Assembly: GCA_026398815.1 (NCBI GenBank) | Contig: JAPLSA010000016.1 | Location: 61,922 to 125,921 of the forward strand | Length of the DNA stretch: 64,000 nucleotides | Source of the DNA: Gammaproteobacteria bacterium | GTDB taxonomy: Bacteria > Pseudomonadota > Gammaproteobacteria > Nevskiales > Nevskiaceae | Direction: 5' to 3' | Part shown: piece after piece, positions 40,601 through 48,535 of the stretch | Position numbering within the stretch: position 1 is the stretch's first letter | Layout: every line of letters starts with the position of its first letter | The notes under the pieces: model-generated | Databases searched by the model: none | Told to the model about the DNA's origin: nothing | The model's input: only the letters and a program-made list of their open reading frames with translations | Translations under genes and position numbers: made by a program

Positions 40601-42008
40601 GGAAGTCGTCGCCGTCGAGGCCGTCCTGCGTGTTGGCGCTGCTGTCGACGACGGTGCCGAGGTCATCGCTCAGCACGTAGAGGTCGTAGTCGGTGCTGGC
40701 CAGCCCCTGGTCCAGCGTGTAGTGCTCGGCCCAGATCATCGCCACCGGCGTGCCGGAATCGCCGGCTTCGACCCGCAGCGACTGGCCGCCGTCGCCGAAG
40801 TCGTGCAGCGTGCCGACGCCGTCGAGCACCGGCGGATTCGGCAAGCTGCTGGCGCGGAAATCGCCTTCCCAGGTGCCGGAGGTGCCGTCGCTGCGGTTGC
40901 CTTCGTTGCCGGCCGAGGAGAAATACAGCACCCCGGCGGCGGTCACCGTGTTCACCGCCTGCGCCACCGGGCCGTCCTGCCACGGCGATTCATCGAGGTA
41001 GATGACGTCGTCGACGATGATCGTGCAGCCGGCACTGGCGAGGTCGAGGATGTTTTGCGCGAAGCTGGCTTCGCCGTTGAACGCGGTGGCAAAGCCCAGC
41101 CGGGCGGCCGGCGCGAGGTCGTGCAGGATTTCCAGCATCGCCGTGCCCTCGTCGCCGGCGCCGGCCTGGCTCGGCAGCACGCTGACCAGCGGCGGCAGGT
41201 CGCCGCTGGCCTGGGCGGCGGCCAGCGAGTCGACGCCATCGGACAGCGCGCACAGGGTCTGGCCCTGGCCGCTGGCGCCGTAGAGGCTGCGCGCCTGATC
41301 GACGCCGTGGGCCTGCACGCCTTCCGAACGGTTCGGCGCAGCGGCCAGCGCCGCGACCAGCCGGCTGGCGAAGGACGGACGCGCATCGTCGGTCGTCACC
41401 TGCACCGGACCCGGCGTGCGCGGGCGGCGGCTGGTGTAGGCCGGCGCCGCCTGCCGAATGCGGCTGACCGCCTTCAGCGCCGCCAGCGACTCGAGATGGC
41501 GAGCGGCCACCCGGGCGCGGATGCTGCGGGCGCTGCCGGCGAGTGCCTTCGGCGACAGCAGCACGGCATCGGCACCGGCCAGCGCCTGCAGCACCTGGCG
41601 CGGATCGGCACCACGCCGCAGCGAGATGTCGACCAGATGGCGGCCGTCGGCTCCCGGCCGCGCCTGCCGGTACTGCGACGACAGCGCCGCCAGCCGGGCA
41701 TCGCCGCGCGCCTGCAGCAGCGACATCAGCAGCCGCGAATCAAGCTTGCGCTGGACCGGCGTGGCGCTGGCCTTGATCCCGCGAAGCACGGCGATCTGCG
41801 CGGCCGCCGAGGGCTTGATCTGCGCGACCGGCGCTAGCTGCGCAGCTGGCGCCGCCGTGCGCGTCGCCGGCAGGCCGGCGTGTCCGACCAGCGACAACGA
41901 GGCCAGCAGGCCCAAGGCCAGCGGCGCTGCGCGGCGCGTCAGCCCGAGACCACATTCCGTCGCTGCCCGACGCAGCCGCTGGCCGATCCAGCGCCTGTCC
42001 TTGCCCAT
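37695..42008 (-). CDS. secreted multidomain subtilisin-family (S8) serine protease with P-domain, Ig-like repeats, Calx-beta domain and GlyGly-CTERM-like sorting tail
   Basis: Start at ATG 42008 (GGGGGAG SD). Triad motifs LSDGVDS / GDEGTAMLEILHDLAP / FYGTSAAAPHAAAIAALL. P-domain ...IDHSFVGDLVISLVSPGG...GRWALRVQD. Calx-beta VVEGD...DDY....L.IPAG....L.V.V..D...EPDETLVLVL. C-terminus SGGGGSAGGVLLAAFGLAALWRRRRLRVS. Confidence 0.85.
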   Translation of the reverse strand: MGKDRRWIGQRLRRAATECGLGLTRRAAPLALGLLASLSLVGHAGLPATRTAAPAAQLAPVAQIKPSAAAQIAVLRGIKASATPVQRKLDSRLLMSLLQARGDARLAALSSQYRQARPGADGRHLVDISLRRGADPRQVLQALAGADAVLLSPKALAGSARSIRARVAARHLESLAALKAVSRIRQAAPAYTSRRPRTPGPVQVTTDDARPSFASRLVAALAAAPNRSEGVQAHGVDQARSLYGASGQGQTLCALSDGVDSLAAAQASGDLPPLVSVLPSQAGAGDEGTAMLEILHDLAPAARLGFATAFNGEASFAQNILDLASAGCTIIVDDVIYLDESPWQDGPVAQAVNTVTAAGVLYFSSAGNEGNRSDGTSGTWEGDFRASSLPNPPVLDGVGTLHDFGDGGQSLRVEAGDSGTPVAMIWAEHYTLDQGLASTDYDLYVLSDDLGTVVDSSANTQDGLDGDDFPFEFIEAGVNPGERVVVSLFSSPSTTPPPFNLIVFRGIVDRALATSGATRGHSAAVAAFSTAATPAAAAFDELTPNGPFPGRFGPGSETESFSADGPRKILLSPTGAELTPGDRSFATGGVVRRKPDLTAADGVSTSAPGFSTFYGTSAAAPHAAAIAALLKGARPSLSATAVRDTLAATAIDIEAPGPDRDSGVGIVMPVPALAAIGATPQPYLTAEGAQFTQIAGDGDGVIEPGESFALQLPLSNIGAVAATGVRATLTAAGSGVTVFNGSSDYADIAAGSTAGNDTALTFRVESGFPCGRNLSLVLSVAYNGSGSPQRFLLSEPTGSAGTPVTFRYGGPVLAIPDAGDPVEAALTIPGSNGRIRNLSVSIDGDLCSNVVGATTVGIDHSFVGDLVISLVSPGGVAVPLINGAGSSGNNFCQVLLDDQSSGGSIQNISSANAPFTGSYTPASPLETLTGSVGNGRWALRVQDLAAADTGSVRAWSLRVTPAVCNAGAPVTGPIVTAIERVNPSPTNSSSVDFQLRFSEAVSGVDAGDFRLTTTGALSGASVASVSGSGSLYSVRVLTGSGSGSLRLDVADDDSITSVASGVPLGGSGAGNGAFTVGEVYAVDLDPPTATIAVDGAQPDPVVSSPVLFVVTLSEATGDFAADDLELGGSALPTTARVIDSGPNYTVAVSGMSANGTVTARVRAGAFNDAAGNASRVSTVASANFSGITPDVGFTLASQRVVEGDPSDATTTTPVTVTVSLSTPAGSDVTVPVNVDPASTATAGDDYRLSATQLLIPAGQSMASLTVSVLRDRVQEPDETLVLVLGTPIGNARIGSPSTQVITIVNDDLTTPAPFSFPDTVDAVPGSVQTSAPATISGINQPATVTVSGGSYSVSGGVFTTAPGTISNGQTLVLQQTASSAASTPTTMTVTVGGVSASYRVTTGAVPAASGGGGSAGGVLLAAFGLAALWRRRRLRVS

Positions 42009-42334
42009 GTCACGCTCCCCCATTTTCGAATTCGTGGCCCTGCCCGCGCGCGCCGCGCCGCAGGGCGCCGGCACCGCCGGTGGATAGTGCCAAGAACAGG
42101 CGACCGATTGGCGGCCGGGAAGCTGCCAGGCTGCCGCCCGAGGCACTGCGTGGCTCGCCAGCGGCGCGGAAAATGCACGCTTGCGCCGGTCGCCGGTGTA
42201 CGGGCAGACCCGCAGTCCTTATCCTGTCGTTGACATTTCGATGGCAGCCGGCGGCGGTTCCGCCTCAGGACGACGGCGGCGGCTGCTTCGCAACGCCCCC
42301 GACAACACGGCGGGCGATCACAGAAGGAAACACG

Positions 42335-43393
42335 ATGGACCCGACGAACGCCGTTGCCCCGCCCGCCGAATCCGCAGGCGCCGCAGCTGCCCCGTTCAAT
42401 CCGTGGCGCTTTTGCGTGGCGCCGATGATGGATTGGACTGATCGACACTGCCGGTTCTTCCACCGCCAGCTGACGCGCCACACGCGGATGTACACCGAGA
42501 TGGTGACCACCGGCGCGCTGCGCCATGGCGACGTGCACCGGCATCTGCGTTTCGATCGCGCCGAACACCCGGTGGCGCTGCAGATCGGCGGCAGCGACGT
42601 GCCGCTGCTCGCCCACGCCGCCGAGCTGGGCGCGCAGTACGGCTATGACGAGCTGAACCTGAACTGCGGCTGCCCGTCCGATCGCGTGCAGGACGGCGGC
42701 TTCGGCGCCTGCCTGATGATGGGTCCGAAGCAGGTCGCTGCCGGCGTGCAGGCGATGATGCGGGCCAGCGGCCTGCCGGTGACGGTGAAGTGCCGGATCG
42801 GCGTCGACTACAGCGAGGACTACGTGTTCCTGCGCGACTTCGTCGAGCCGATCGCCGAAATCGGCTGCACCACCTTCATCGTCCACGCCCGCAAGGCCTG
42901 GCTGAGCGGCCTGAGCCCGAAGGAGAACCGCGAGATCCCACCGCTGCGCTACGACACCGTGTACCGGCTGAAGCAGGATTTCCCGCAGCTGACCATCTGC
43001 ATCAACGGCGGCATCCACACGATGGAGGAGTGCCTCGATCACCTGAAGCAGGTCGACGGCGTGATGCTGGGGCGTGAGGTTTACGAGAACCCGTACCGGC
43101 TCGCCGAAGTCGATTCGAAACTGTTCGGCGACACCCGACCGGCGCCGAGCCGGGTCGAAGTCGTCGACGCGATGTACGACTACATCCACGACGAACTCGC
43201 GGCCGGCACCAGCCTGCACCACATCACCCGGCACATGCTCGGCCTGTACCGCAACCAGCCCGGCGGCAAGCAGTTCCGCCGCGTGCTCAGCGAACACGAC
43301 GCCAGCCGCGAACCGGACTGGGACACCATCGAAGCCGCGCTGGCGGAAGTCGAAAAGGCCGCCGCCAGCGCCGGGAACCGCGCCGCCGCGTGA
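42335..43393 (+). CDS. dusA: tRNA dihydrouridine(20/20a) synthase DusA
   Basis: From MDPTN (AGAAGGAAA SD): RFCVAPMMDWTDRHCRFFHRQLTRHTRMYTEMVTTGAL, LNLNCGCPSDRVQ.G.FGACLM, VTVKCRIG. Confidence 0.93.
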   Translation: MDPTNAVAPPAESAGAAAAPFNPWRFCVAPMMDWTDRHCRFFHRQLTRHTRMYTEMVTTGALRHGDVHRHLRFDRAEHPVALQIGGSDVPLLAHAAELGAQYGYDELNLNCGCPSDRVQDGGFGACLMMGPKQVAAGVQAMMRASGLPVTVKCRIGVDYSEDYVFLRDFVEPIAEIGCTTFIVHARKAWLSGLSPKENREIPPLRYDTVYRLKQDFPQLTICINGGIHTMEECLDHLKQVDGVMLGREVYENPYRLAEVDSKLFGDTRPAPSRVEVVDAMYDYIHDELAAGTSLHHITRHMLGLYRNQPGGKQFRRVLSEHDASREPDWDTIEAALAEVEKAAASAGNRAAA

Positions 43394-44115
43394 GCCCGAT
43401 CTCGCGGCCGGTGCTGCTGCTGTCCGACCTGCACCTGCCGAACACGCCCTCGCCGCTGCGCGCGCAGTTCCTGGCCTTCCTCGACGGCCCGGCGCGCGAG
43501 GCGGCGGCGGTCTACCTGCTCGGAGACCTGTTCGAGTACTGGATCGGCGACGCCGAAGGGCTGGCCGACTACGCGCCGGAAGCCGCCGCGCTGCGCCGCC
43601 TGCGCGACCACGGCGTGCCGCTGTACTTCCAGCACGGCAACCGCGATTTCATGCTCGGCGCCGCGTTTGCCCGCGAGGCCGGCCTGCAGCTGCTGGCCGA
43701 TCCGCTGATCGTCGATCTGGCCGGCACGCCGACCCTGCTGAGCCACGGCGACATCTGGTGCACCGACGATCTCGGCTATCAGCGCTGGCGGCGCTTCTCG
43801 CGCAACCGGCTGGCCCAGTTCATCTACCGGCGGCTGCCACGGCGCTGGCGCCAGGGCGTGGCCGGCAAGGCGCGCGGCGGCAGCACCCGCAAGCCGGCGG
43901 CGATCCTCGATGTCAATCCGCAGGCCATCGCGCAAGCGTTCGCGAAGCACGGCGTCCGCCGGATCATCCACGGCCACACCCATCGCCCGGCCGTGCATGT
44001 GCTGAACGTCGATGGCCGCGAGGTCGAGCGTCTGGTGCTGTCGGACTGGCACGACCGCCACTGCGAATACCTGGAGGTCGACGCCGCCGGGCTGCGGCGA
44101 CGCCAGCTGCGATGA
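43390..44115 (+). CDS. lpxH: UDP-2,3-diacylglucosamine diphosphatase
   Basis: LLLSDLHL...FL.........YLLGDLFEYWIGDA....HGNRDFMLG...L.SHGD..CTDD..YQ.WRRFSRN...IHGHTHRP are calcineurin-like LpxH motifs. Confidence 0.9.
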   Translation: MSPISRPVLLLSDLHLPNTPSPLRAQFLAFLDGPAREAAAVYLLGDLFEYWIGDAEGLADYAPEAAALRRLRDHGVPLYFQHGNRDFMLGAAFAREAGLQLLADPLIVDLAGTPTLLSHGDIWCTDDLGYQRWRRFSRNRLAQFIYRRLPRRWRQGVAGKARGGSTRKPAAILDVNPQAIAQAFAKHGVRRIIHGHTHRPAVHVLNVDGREVERLVLSDWHDRHCEYLEVDAAGLRRRQLR

Positions 44116-44387
44116 CCGGAACGGATGATTACGCCGGCTGGCTGAGCATGCGCGATCTCGACCTCGCCGCCGGCCAGCCGAAGGGGGCCGCGTTCCGCGC
44201 CTTCAAGGCGCTGCTCGGCAGCCTGCAGGAAGGGCGCGACTTCGTGGTGCTCGACCTGCAGGCCGCGCAAGCGCTTGTCGCGGCGCTGATTGCGCAGGGC
44301 CGGCTGTACCGCGGCTCGGTGCATCCGGTGCTGCTGGCGCCGGCTGCCGCCGCCCGCGTGCAGGCGGCGCTGACCGCAGCCGGATGA
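44112..44387 (+). CDS. hypothetical small protein (91 aa) translationally coupled to lpxH
   Basis: ATG at 44112 overlaps the lpxH stop (ATGA). Reads MTGTDDYAGWLSMRDLDLAAGQPKGAAFRAFKALLGSLQEGRDFVVLDLQAAQALVAALIAQGRLYRGSVHPVLLAP.... Hidden inside a longer spurious track ORF (43074..44387). No family recognised. Confidence 0.4.
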   Translation: MTGTDDYAGWLSMRDLDLAAGQPKGAAFRAFKALLGSLQEGRDFVVLDLQAAQALVAALIAQGRLYRGSVHPVLLAPAAAARVQAALTAAG

Positions 44388-44409
44388 CGGTAAGCATGTT
44401 TACAGTTGT

Positions 44410-44439
44410 TTACTTTGCAGCGCTCGCGCAGTTAGGATG
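44410..44439 (+). promoter_or_regulatory. possible sigma70-type promoter for the SCP2 gene
   Basis: TTTACT (44410-44415), 18 nt spacer, TAGGAT (44434-44439); each hexamer matches consensus 4/6. Weak, sequence-only. Confidence 0.2.
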
Positions 44440-44462
44440 CGGCTCCTTTTCCGGAGCCCCCC

Positions 44463-44780
44463 ATGAGCGCCCTCGACTTCCTGAAGAAACTCCCCGCCGC
44501 GTTCGATGCCAACGGTGCCGCCGGCACCGAAGCCGTCGTCCAGTTCGCCATCTCGACCCCGGCTCACCTGATCATCAAGGGCGGCTCGGCCCAGCTGGTC
44601 GAAGGCACGGCCGGCAATGCCGACGTCACCCTGACGATGGAAGACGACGATCTGGTCGCGCTGCTGAAGGGCGATCTGAACGGCATGACCGCGTTCATGA
44701 CCGGCAAGCTGCAGCTGGACGGCGACATGATGCTGGCCCAGCGCATGACCAGCTTCTTCGACGCCTCGAAGCTCGGCTGA
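44463..44780 (+). CDS. SCP2 sterol/lipid-binding domain protein
   Basis: 105 aa: ...VVQFAIS......I.KGG.A.LVEG.AGNADVTLTMEDDDLVALLKGDLNGMTAFMTGKLQLDGDMMLAQRM is the canonical SCP2 pattern. Confidence 0.85.
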   Translation: MSALDFLKKLPAAFDANGAAGTEAVVQFAISTPAHLIIKGGSAQLVEGTAGNADVTLTMEDDDLVALLKGDLNGMTAFMTGKLQLDGDMMLAQRMTSFFDASKLG

Positions 44781-44808
44781 TCCGTTCGCGCAGCGCCTGT
44801 CGGCGACA

Positions 44809-44838
44809 ACCCCGGATCGCGAGGTCCGGGGTTTTTTG
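44809..44838 (+). terminator. rho-independent terminator after the SCP2 gene
   Basis: CCCCGGA-tcgcgagg-TCCGGGG followed by TTTTTT (44832-44837). Confidence 0.75.
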
Positions 44839-44850
44839 TTGCGTGCGGCG

Positions 44851-45552
44851 ATGACGCCCGAATTCGCGCTGGAATCGCTGCCCGGCGATGGCGACGGGCT
44901 GCCGCGCCTGAGCCTGCGGGCGCTGCACCGGCCGAAATTCGGCGCCATCTGCGCCGACTGGCTGACCACCGACCTCGCCCGCCGCATCGGCGCCGGCCGC
45001 CGGCAGCCGATCAGCCGCGCCATCGGCCTGCACAAGCCGCGCCTGCCGGACGAAGGCCCGCTGCGGGTGCTCGACGCCACCGCCGGACTGGGGCGCGACG
45101 GCTTCACGCTGGCGATGCTGGGCGCCGAGGTCAGCCTGCTGGAGCGCAATCCGACCACCTGCGCGCTGCTCCGCGATGCCCGCCTGCGGGCGCTGGCCGC
45201 CCCCGGCGCGCAGGCTGCCGCCGCGCGCATCGAGGTGCTGGAAGGCGATGCCATCACACTGCTGGCCGAGCCGGCCCATCGCGGCCGCTGGGAGGTCGTC
45301 TACCTCGATCCGATGTACCCGGACGACGGCAAGAGCGCGCTGCCGTCGAAGGAAATGCAGCTGCTGCGCGAGCTGACCGGCGGCGATGCCGATGCCGATG
45401 CCCTGCTGGCCCCGGCGCTGGCCTGTGCCGGCCGCCGCGTGGTGGTGAAGCGACCATCGAAGGCGCCGCCGCTGGCCGGCCTTGCGCCGTCGCTGTGCTT
45501 CGACGGCACCCAGCTGCGCTTCGATGTCTACCTGCTGCCGCTCAGCCCTTGA
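44851..45552 (+). CDS. rsmJ: 16S rRNA (guanine1516-N2)-methyltransferase RsmJ
   Basis: VLDATAGLGRDGFTLAMLGAEVSLLERNP....LL.D...R...VVYLDPMYP...KSALPSKEMQLL..L.G.D.DADALL.PAL..A.RRVVVKRP..APPL. Block-wise match to E. coli RsmJ as I recall it. Confidence 0.88.
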   Translation: MTPEFALESLPGDGDGLPRLSLRALHRPKFGAICADWLTTDLARRIGAGRRQPISRAIGLHKPRLPDEGPLRVLDATAGLGRDGFTLAMLGAEVSLLERNPTTCALLRDARLRALAAPGAQAAAARIEVLEGDAITLLAEPAHRGRWEVVYLDPMYPDDGKSALPSKEMQLLRELTGGDADADALLAPALACAGRRVVVKRPSKAPPLAGLAPSLCFDGTQLRFDVYLLPLSP

Positions 45553-45988
45553 GCTCGGCGGCCATCGCCGCCGGTTCGAAATGCACGGTCAGCCGGCGCA
45601 GCAGGCGGCCTTCGCCATCAAGCAGCAGCAAGCTCGGAAAGCCGCTGACCTGATAGCGGGCCATGAACGCAGCCGCCTCCGGCGACTCGTAATCGATGCG
45701 GCTCAGCTGATAACCGTTGCGGATCGCGGCGTTGACCGCCGGATCGGCGAACACCTCGTGCAGCCGCCGGCAGGCCGGACACCAGATCGCCGAGAAATCG
45801 GCGAGCACCGGCTTGCCGCTGCTGCGGGCCCGCGCCAGCGCCACCGGCAACGGCTGGAAATCGAGCGCGGCCGCCGTCAGCGCCTGCTCGCCGCGCCAGG
45901 TCTGGTAATCGACATTGACCAAGTACAAGGCCAGCGGCACCAGTGCATAAACCAGATAACGCAGCCCTTTCCGCTTGATCGACACCAT
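45542..45988 (-). CDS. membrane-anchored thioredoxin-fold protein (CPAC active site)
   Basis: N-terminal TM (YLVYALVPLALYLV), then GKPVLADFSAIWCPACRRL...VSGFPSLLLLD, a thioredoxin-family pattern. Confidence 0.75.
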   Translation of the reverse strand: MVSIKRKGLRYLVYALVPLALYLVNVDYQTWRGEQALTAAALDFQPLPVALARARSSGKPVLADFSAIWCPACRRLHEVFADPAVNAAIRNGYQLSRIDYESPEAAAFMARYQVSGFPSLLLLDGEGRLLRRLTVHFEPAAMAAELKG

Positions 45989-46038
45989 CGCTCCACGCGT
46001 TCGTTCAGTTGCTGCAGAGCTTACGTTAGGCTTGAACC

Positions 46039-46545
46039 ATGAAACGCCTGCTGCTGATCCGCCACGCCAAGTCGAGCTGGGATTACCCGATGCTCGCCGA
46101 CTTCGACCGGCCGCTGAACCCGCGCGGCCGGCACGATGCGCCGGAGATGGCGCTGCGGCTGCAGGGGCTGCTGGCGCCGCCGTTCCGGATGATCAGCAGC
46201 ACCGCCGTGCGCGCGCTGACCACGGCCCAGCTGTTTGCCGAAACCTTCGGCCTGCCGGAGTCGCGGATCGGCCTCGACGCGCGCATCTACGAAGCCACGC
46301 CCGGCACCCTGCTGCACCTGGTCAACACGCTCGACGACGCCGACGACCAGGTGCTGCTGTTCGGCCACAACCCGGGCTTCACCGACCTCGCCCAGCTGCT
46401 GGCCGACGGGCCGCTGCCGTTCATCGAGCTGCCGACCTGCGGCATCGTCATGTTCGGCTTCGAGCAGGCGCGCTGGCAGGACATCGTGCCGGGCGCCGGC
46501 CAGCTGCTCGGCTATCGCTACCCGAAAGAAAGCCAGCGCCAGTAG
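46039..46545 (+). CDS. histidine phosphatase superfamily protein (SixA-like)
   Basis: MKRLLLIRHAKSSW......D.DRPLNPRG..DA is the RHG catalytic motif; size 168 aa; LLFGHNPG. Confidence 0.8.
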   Translation: MKRLLLIRHAKSSWDYPMLADFDRPLNPRGRHDAPEMALRLQGLLAPPFRMISSTAVRALTTAQLFAETFGLPESRIGLDARIYEATPGTLLHLVNTLDDADDQVLLFGHNPGFTDLAQLLADGPLPFIELPTCGIVMFGFEQARWQDIVPGAGQLLGYRYPKESQRQ

Positions 46546-46553
46546 CCGGCCGC

Positions 46554-47552
46554 TCAGCCGCAGGCCGGCAGCCAGCCGGGGCCGCGATCCCAGGCCAGCC
46601 AGGCCGGTGCGGATTTCTCGGCGCTGGCCGTGCTGGCGCGCAGCCGCGTCGCCGGCGCAGTCCGGGTGCGCGAGCGGGCATTCGGCGGCGGCAGGCTGCC
46701 GTCGTCACCATTCCGGCGCGACGGCACGCAGACCAGCAGGCAGGGGCTGTCGCGCAGTGCCGAGGAAAACGCACCGCGCAGCAGGCGCTTGCGCACGGCG
46801 GTATCGCGATCGACCACCAGCACGCTGGCGCGGCTGGCGCGCAGCAGCCGCGCCAGGCTGGCCTGTGTCGACCCGCTGCCCAGGTGCACGCGCACCCGCA
46901 CGTCGGCATCGATCCGGGCGGCGACGTCGTCGAGCAGCCGGGTCGCGGCCGGCTCGGCCAGCGGCCGGTCGGAGTACAGCGCTTCCAGCATCAGGCCCTC
47001 GCTGACTTCCGGCAGCACGAACAGCAGGTGCAGCTCGGCGCCGCGCTGTCGGGCCAGGGTCGCAGCCTCGCGCACGTGATCGAGCTGCGGCTCGTCGCCG
47101 GTGATCCAGCAGGCGACATGGCCGCCGTGGGCCGGCAGTTCGGGGATTGCCCGGGAGTCCGGCAGCATGGTCAGCATCGGCGTCGCCAGTTCGCGCAGCA
47201 CGCGGGTCCGCAGCGACACATGCAGCGGCCTCGGCAGATAGCTGCGCAGGCTCGGCGGCATCACCAGCAGCGCCTGCGGATGCTGGCTGCAGTAGCCGGC
47301 GATGCCGGTGGCGGTGTCGCCGCTCAGCAGCTGCCGCTGGCTGTCCGGGTAGTGCGCCGATTCGGCGAAGAACGAATCCAGCGCCCGCGCCGCCTGCTGG
47401 CTGGCGCCGCGCGGGTGGACGTGCAGCAGGGTCAGGCGCGCCTGCAGCACGTCGACCCAGTGGGCCACCATCGGGATCGCGGCGTGGCAGGCCTCGGAAA
47501 AATTGGTCGCGAAGATCAAATGCGGGTGGTCGGTGCGCGGCATCGGCAGCAT
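46554..47552 (-). CDS. tandem universal-stress-protein (USP)-like domain protein (tentative)
   Basis: Two repeats of a USP-like pattern (HLIFATNFSEACHAA...LTLLHV... and HVACWITGDEP...LHLLFVLPE...SVLVVDRD), plus a low-complexity Arg/Ser/Ala tail. No ATP-binding G-2x-G-9x-G(S/T) motif seen. Confidence 0.5.
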   Translation of the reverse strand: MLPMPRTDHPHLIFATNFSEACHAAIPMVAHWVDVLQARLTLLHVHPRGASQQAARALDSFFAESAHYPDSQRQLLSGDTATGIAGYCSQHPQALLVMPPSLRSYLPRPLHVSLRTRVLRELATPMLTMLPDSRAIPELPAHGGHVACWITGDEPQLDHVREAATLARQRGAELHLLFVLPEVSEGLMLEALYSDRPLAEPAATRLLDDVAARIDADVRVRVHLGSGSTQASLARLLRASRASVLVVDRDTAVRKRLLRGAFSSALRDSPCLLVCVPSRRNGDDGSLPPPNARSRTRTAPATRLRASTASAEKSAPAWLAWDRGPGWLPACG

Positions 47553-47626
47553 GGCGTGTCCTCGGCAGTCGGGATCGGGGATGGATGGAGCGGTCAGGCG
47601 AAAGAAGGCCGTTGCCGGCGGCCGGG

Positions 47627-48535
47627 TCAGTAGACGTAGCCGTCGATGGCACGCACTTCCGGCAGCGCCATGCGCTGGTCGAGCATCTCGCGCAGGGTCA
47701 GCTCGATGCTGCGCGACAGGGCCGTCATCGGCGTGTCGTTGACGGTGTTCTCGAACGGCTCCTCGATCGCTTCGCTGGCAGTGTCGATGGCGATCAGCGT
47801 GAAGCTGATCAGCGCCGAGGCCACCGGCGTGAACAGGCCGAGGCCGGACACCAGCGCCAGCGGCACCAGCCAGCAGTAGGCGTCGACCAGCACGCGCGGC
47901 AGCAGGCTGAACTGGCGCGGCAGCGGCGTGTTCTTGATCCGCTCGCAGGCGCCCTGGATGTTGGCCAGCGTGGTCAGGCTGCCGTCGAGCGCGCTCCAGC
48001 GCAGGCTGTCGAGCATGCCCAGCGCCCGCGCCTGCTGCAGCTGCTCGGCGACCCGCAGGGTCAGTGCATTGGGCACGTTGCCGTAGCGGCGCAGCGCATC
48101 GGTGTCGGCCCGGCCGAGCACGCCGGCCAGTTCGGGAAACGGGTTCTGGCGGCGCAGATGGCAGCGCAGCGCATGCACGAAGGCCACCTGGTGAACGACG
48201 ATGGCATTGCGCAGCGCCAGCTGCTCCGGATCATCGGCCTCGACATCCAGCGCCGTCAGCGCCTGCCGGGCCAGCGCCCGCGAAGTGTTGACCAGCTGGC
48301 CCCAGAGCTGGCGCGCTTCCCACCAGCGGCCGTAGGCGGCATTGGCGCGGAAGGCCAGGAAGATCGCCAGCGCCGAGCCCAGCGTGCCGAGCGGCAGCGC
48401 GTCGAACGACAGCCAGCGCCAGTCCAGGCACACGTACAGCGCCGCCACCGCGCAGTCGAAGCCGACCAGCACCAGCAGCCGCTTGCGGGTGCGGGGCCAG
48501 AGCTGGCGCAGCGAAATGCCGTCACGAAGGATCAT
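47627..48535 (-). CDS. bestrophin-family anion channel (YneE/UPF0187)
   Basis: From MILRDGISLRQLW (cf. E. coli YneE MIVRP...): LGSALAIFLAFRANAAYGRWWEARQLWG.LVN.SR.LARQ and IEEPFENTVNDTPM. The track ORF adds 14 codons (to 48577). Confidence 0.8.
   Translation of the reverse strand: MILRDGISLRQLWPRTRKRLLVLVGFDCAVAALYVCLDWRWLSFDALPLGTLGSALAIFLAFRANAAYGRWWEARQLWGQLVNTSRALARQALTALDVEADDPEQLALRNAIVVHQVAFVHALRCHLRRQNPFPELAGVLGRADTDALRRYGNVPNALTLRVAEQLQQARALGMLDSLRWSALDGSLTTLANIQGACERIKNTPLPRQFSLLPRVLVDAYCWLVPLALVSGLGLFTPVASALISFTLIAIDTASEAIEEPFENTVNDTPMTALSRSIELTLREMLDQRMALPEVRAIDGYVY

Noticed and set aside
37617-41837. 592-aa and 802-aa plus-strand ORFs (37617..39395, 39429..41837)
   Set aside because: They are antisense to the S8 protease gene and their composition is Arg/Gly/Ala low-complexity.
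41900-42008. Twin-arginine (Tat) export signal in the protease N-terminus (LTRRAAPLALGLL)
   Set aside because: The RR is followed by AAP rather than the x-F-L-K consensus, and the n-region is generally Arg-rich. I cannot distinguish it from a Sec signal by eye.
42229-42234. Perfect TTGACA hexamer upstream of dusA as a -35 box
   Set aside because: No acceptable -10 hexamer lies 16-19 nt downstream (GGCGGT at 17 nt), so I do not call a promoter.
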